A stretch of 61,583 nt of DNA, counting the filler, from Gonapodya sp. JEL0774 (lineage: Eukaryota): NCBI GenBank assembly GCA_027604505.1. It is 11 parts of 11 records of this genome, joined end to end, with 100 filler letters (N's around TTAATTAATTAA, not from the genome) between each part and the next. Parts side by side here need not be neighbours in the genome. Positions count along the whole stretch, not along the records: positions 56,102 to 61,583 come from JADIIX010000716.1; 10 more parts are not named here. One strand, 5' to 3'. Each line of letters opens with the position of its first letter. Within the stretch, counting starts at the first letter, position 1. A program made the translations under genes and the position numbers. Below are positions 60,174 to 61,583 of the stretch, in pieces. Below the pieces are notes generated by a model. That model was not told the DNA's origin. It searched no databases and saw only the letters and a program-made list of their open reading frames with translations.

Positions 60174-61583
60174 ATGGCCACGCAGCGTTTCACAGCGGCT
60201 CTAAAAGCAGCAGATCACCCGCAGTTTGTTGCCCTGGTGTCTGCAGTGAAAGCAGGCGATATACATACTTGCAAGAAACTCGTTGAGGAACACGATGTTC
60301 CCATAAATCAAAGAGACCAATGGGACGCAACACCTCTTTACTGGGCGGCTTTTTGTGGTAGAAAGGAAGTTGTCGAATTTCTCCTTGAGCGAGGAGCTGT
60401 GTGTGGTGAGTAACGAGATTCGAAAGAACCGGAAACTCGACTGAGGGTATATGGCGATGTCACCATATCCGTCGTACTATTATGAGACCTGTCACACTCT
60501 TGAGCCAAACCTGCGATAAGAACTCGGGACTCGCTATGTCCCATCCCGTTTCATTCCAATCACCCGGAAGAGTAACAAAACGAATACACAATCAGCGCCC
60601 TCGGTCATGTAATCATTCGTCCCGTAGCAGTGCGACTCACGTTATCTTCATTGCCCCTGCACCTTTGGCTCTCCAGACCCGACCACCTTCGAAGGAGAAC
60701 GAGCAATTTACGGCGCTCTGACTGATGAGATTCGTAACATGTTGAGGTCACATCAGTATTCCAATAAGATGGTGGACGGTCTCCATGATTACGGTGAGTC
60801 AAATGTCTTTCGTGCACTGCTGAAGAATGAAATGTAGACGAGGACGTCCTCCACATTCAGCCATCTTTTTCCACAATCTCTTTGAGGATCTCGCATCTGC
60901 AGACATTGTATTCCATCTACCTTCCTCAGAACTTGGTGACGGTCACAGAGGAGAACCCTTCTCTGAGTCCTCATCAATACTGCCCGCTCATCGCTTTGTT
61001 TTGGCCCGCAGCTCTTACTTGGCGGCGATGATGGCGACAACGTGGTGGGGTATCAGAGACGTCAGAGTGAGCAGGAAGGTGAGAACACATGTTTGCCGCA
61101 GGATTTCGCTTGGGAACATGAGAGAATATCCGTATCAGGTTCCTCCTCTGCTATTCCACGCCACCGTACGCTACCTTTATACTTCCGTATTCGACCCCGA
61201 AGCCGTTCCGGATCCTCTTCTTAGTGACTGGCTTCGAGTCGCAATCACCTGGCGGTTGCCCTCCCTTGCCTCGGCGATCCGGTCCCACATGGCGGACCGC
61301 GCGACTGCGGACGCCGAGATTCCCGAAGTCGTGAGAGCTTTTAGAAGGGCAAAAGCACTTACGAAAAGGAGAGATATCGGGGCGGCAATAGGGGAGGTCC
61401 GACAGGGTATGGTACGTTACGTGGTGGAGGCGGTTGAGACAGATTTTGCGGATATCGTCAACCGTAACCTCGATGGTGCTGCAGTAACTGATGAGAGACT
61501 AAATGACTTTGGGAGCACGATGACAAGCGTGAAAGTGTACCACAATGGATCGAACGACCTGTCATCGCATAACATCGGCAGTG
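60174..61583 (+). CDS. Ankyrin-repeat and BTB/POZ protein, ABTB1/Btb3-like (3' truncated)
   Basis: INQRDQWDATPLYWAAFCGRKEVVEFLLERGAVC; TFEGERAIYGALTDEIRNML; BTB start ADIVFHL...LPAHRFVLA. Confidence 0.85.

Overview
Eukaryotic, intron-rich genomic DNA with short GT-AG introns. It most resembles an early-diverging zoosporic fungus (chytrid/monoblepharid-like; inference from gene content and intron style). The window is not one locus. It is 11 small contigs of steadily decreasing length (about 5530 down to 5482 nt) joined by 100-nt N...TTAATTAATTAA...N linkers, so synteny only means something within a contig. Recognisable genes: CE4 chitin deacetylase with an N-terminal TM anchor, FBXL2/20-like F-box/LRR protein ending in CaaX, RCL1, LSM6, two protein kinases, ankyrin proteins (one with an N-terminal F-box), MYND-finger protein, TetX-like flavin monooxygenase, kinesin-14 tail, thioredoxin, PH-domain protein, paxillin-like LIM protein, Air1/2-like zinc-knuckle protein and ABTB1-like ankyrin-BTB protein. 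There are also two tandem families of uncharacterised multi-pass membrane proteins, a CRL/Git3-like GPCR, and decayed mobile elements (intron-containing DD34E Tc1/IS630 with a convergent passenger gene, Copia remnant, hAT-like end). The best leads are the TetX-like monooxygenase, a 7TM receptor cluster, a long structured intron in LSM6, and the two-gene Tc1-like element. All gene models were spliced by eye and no database searches were run.
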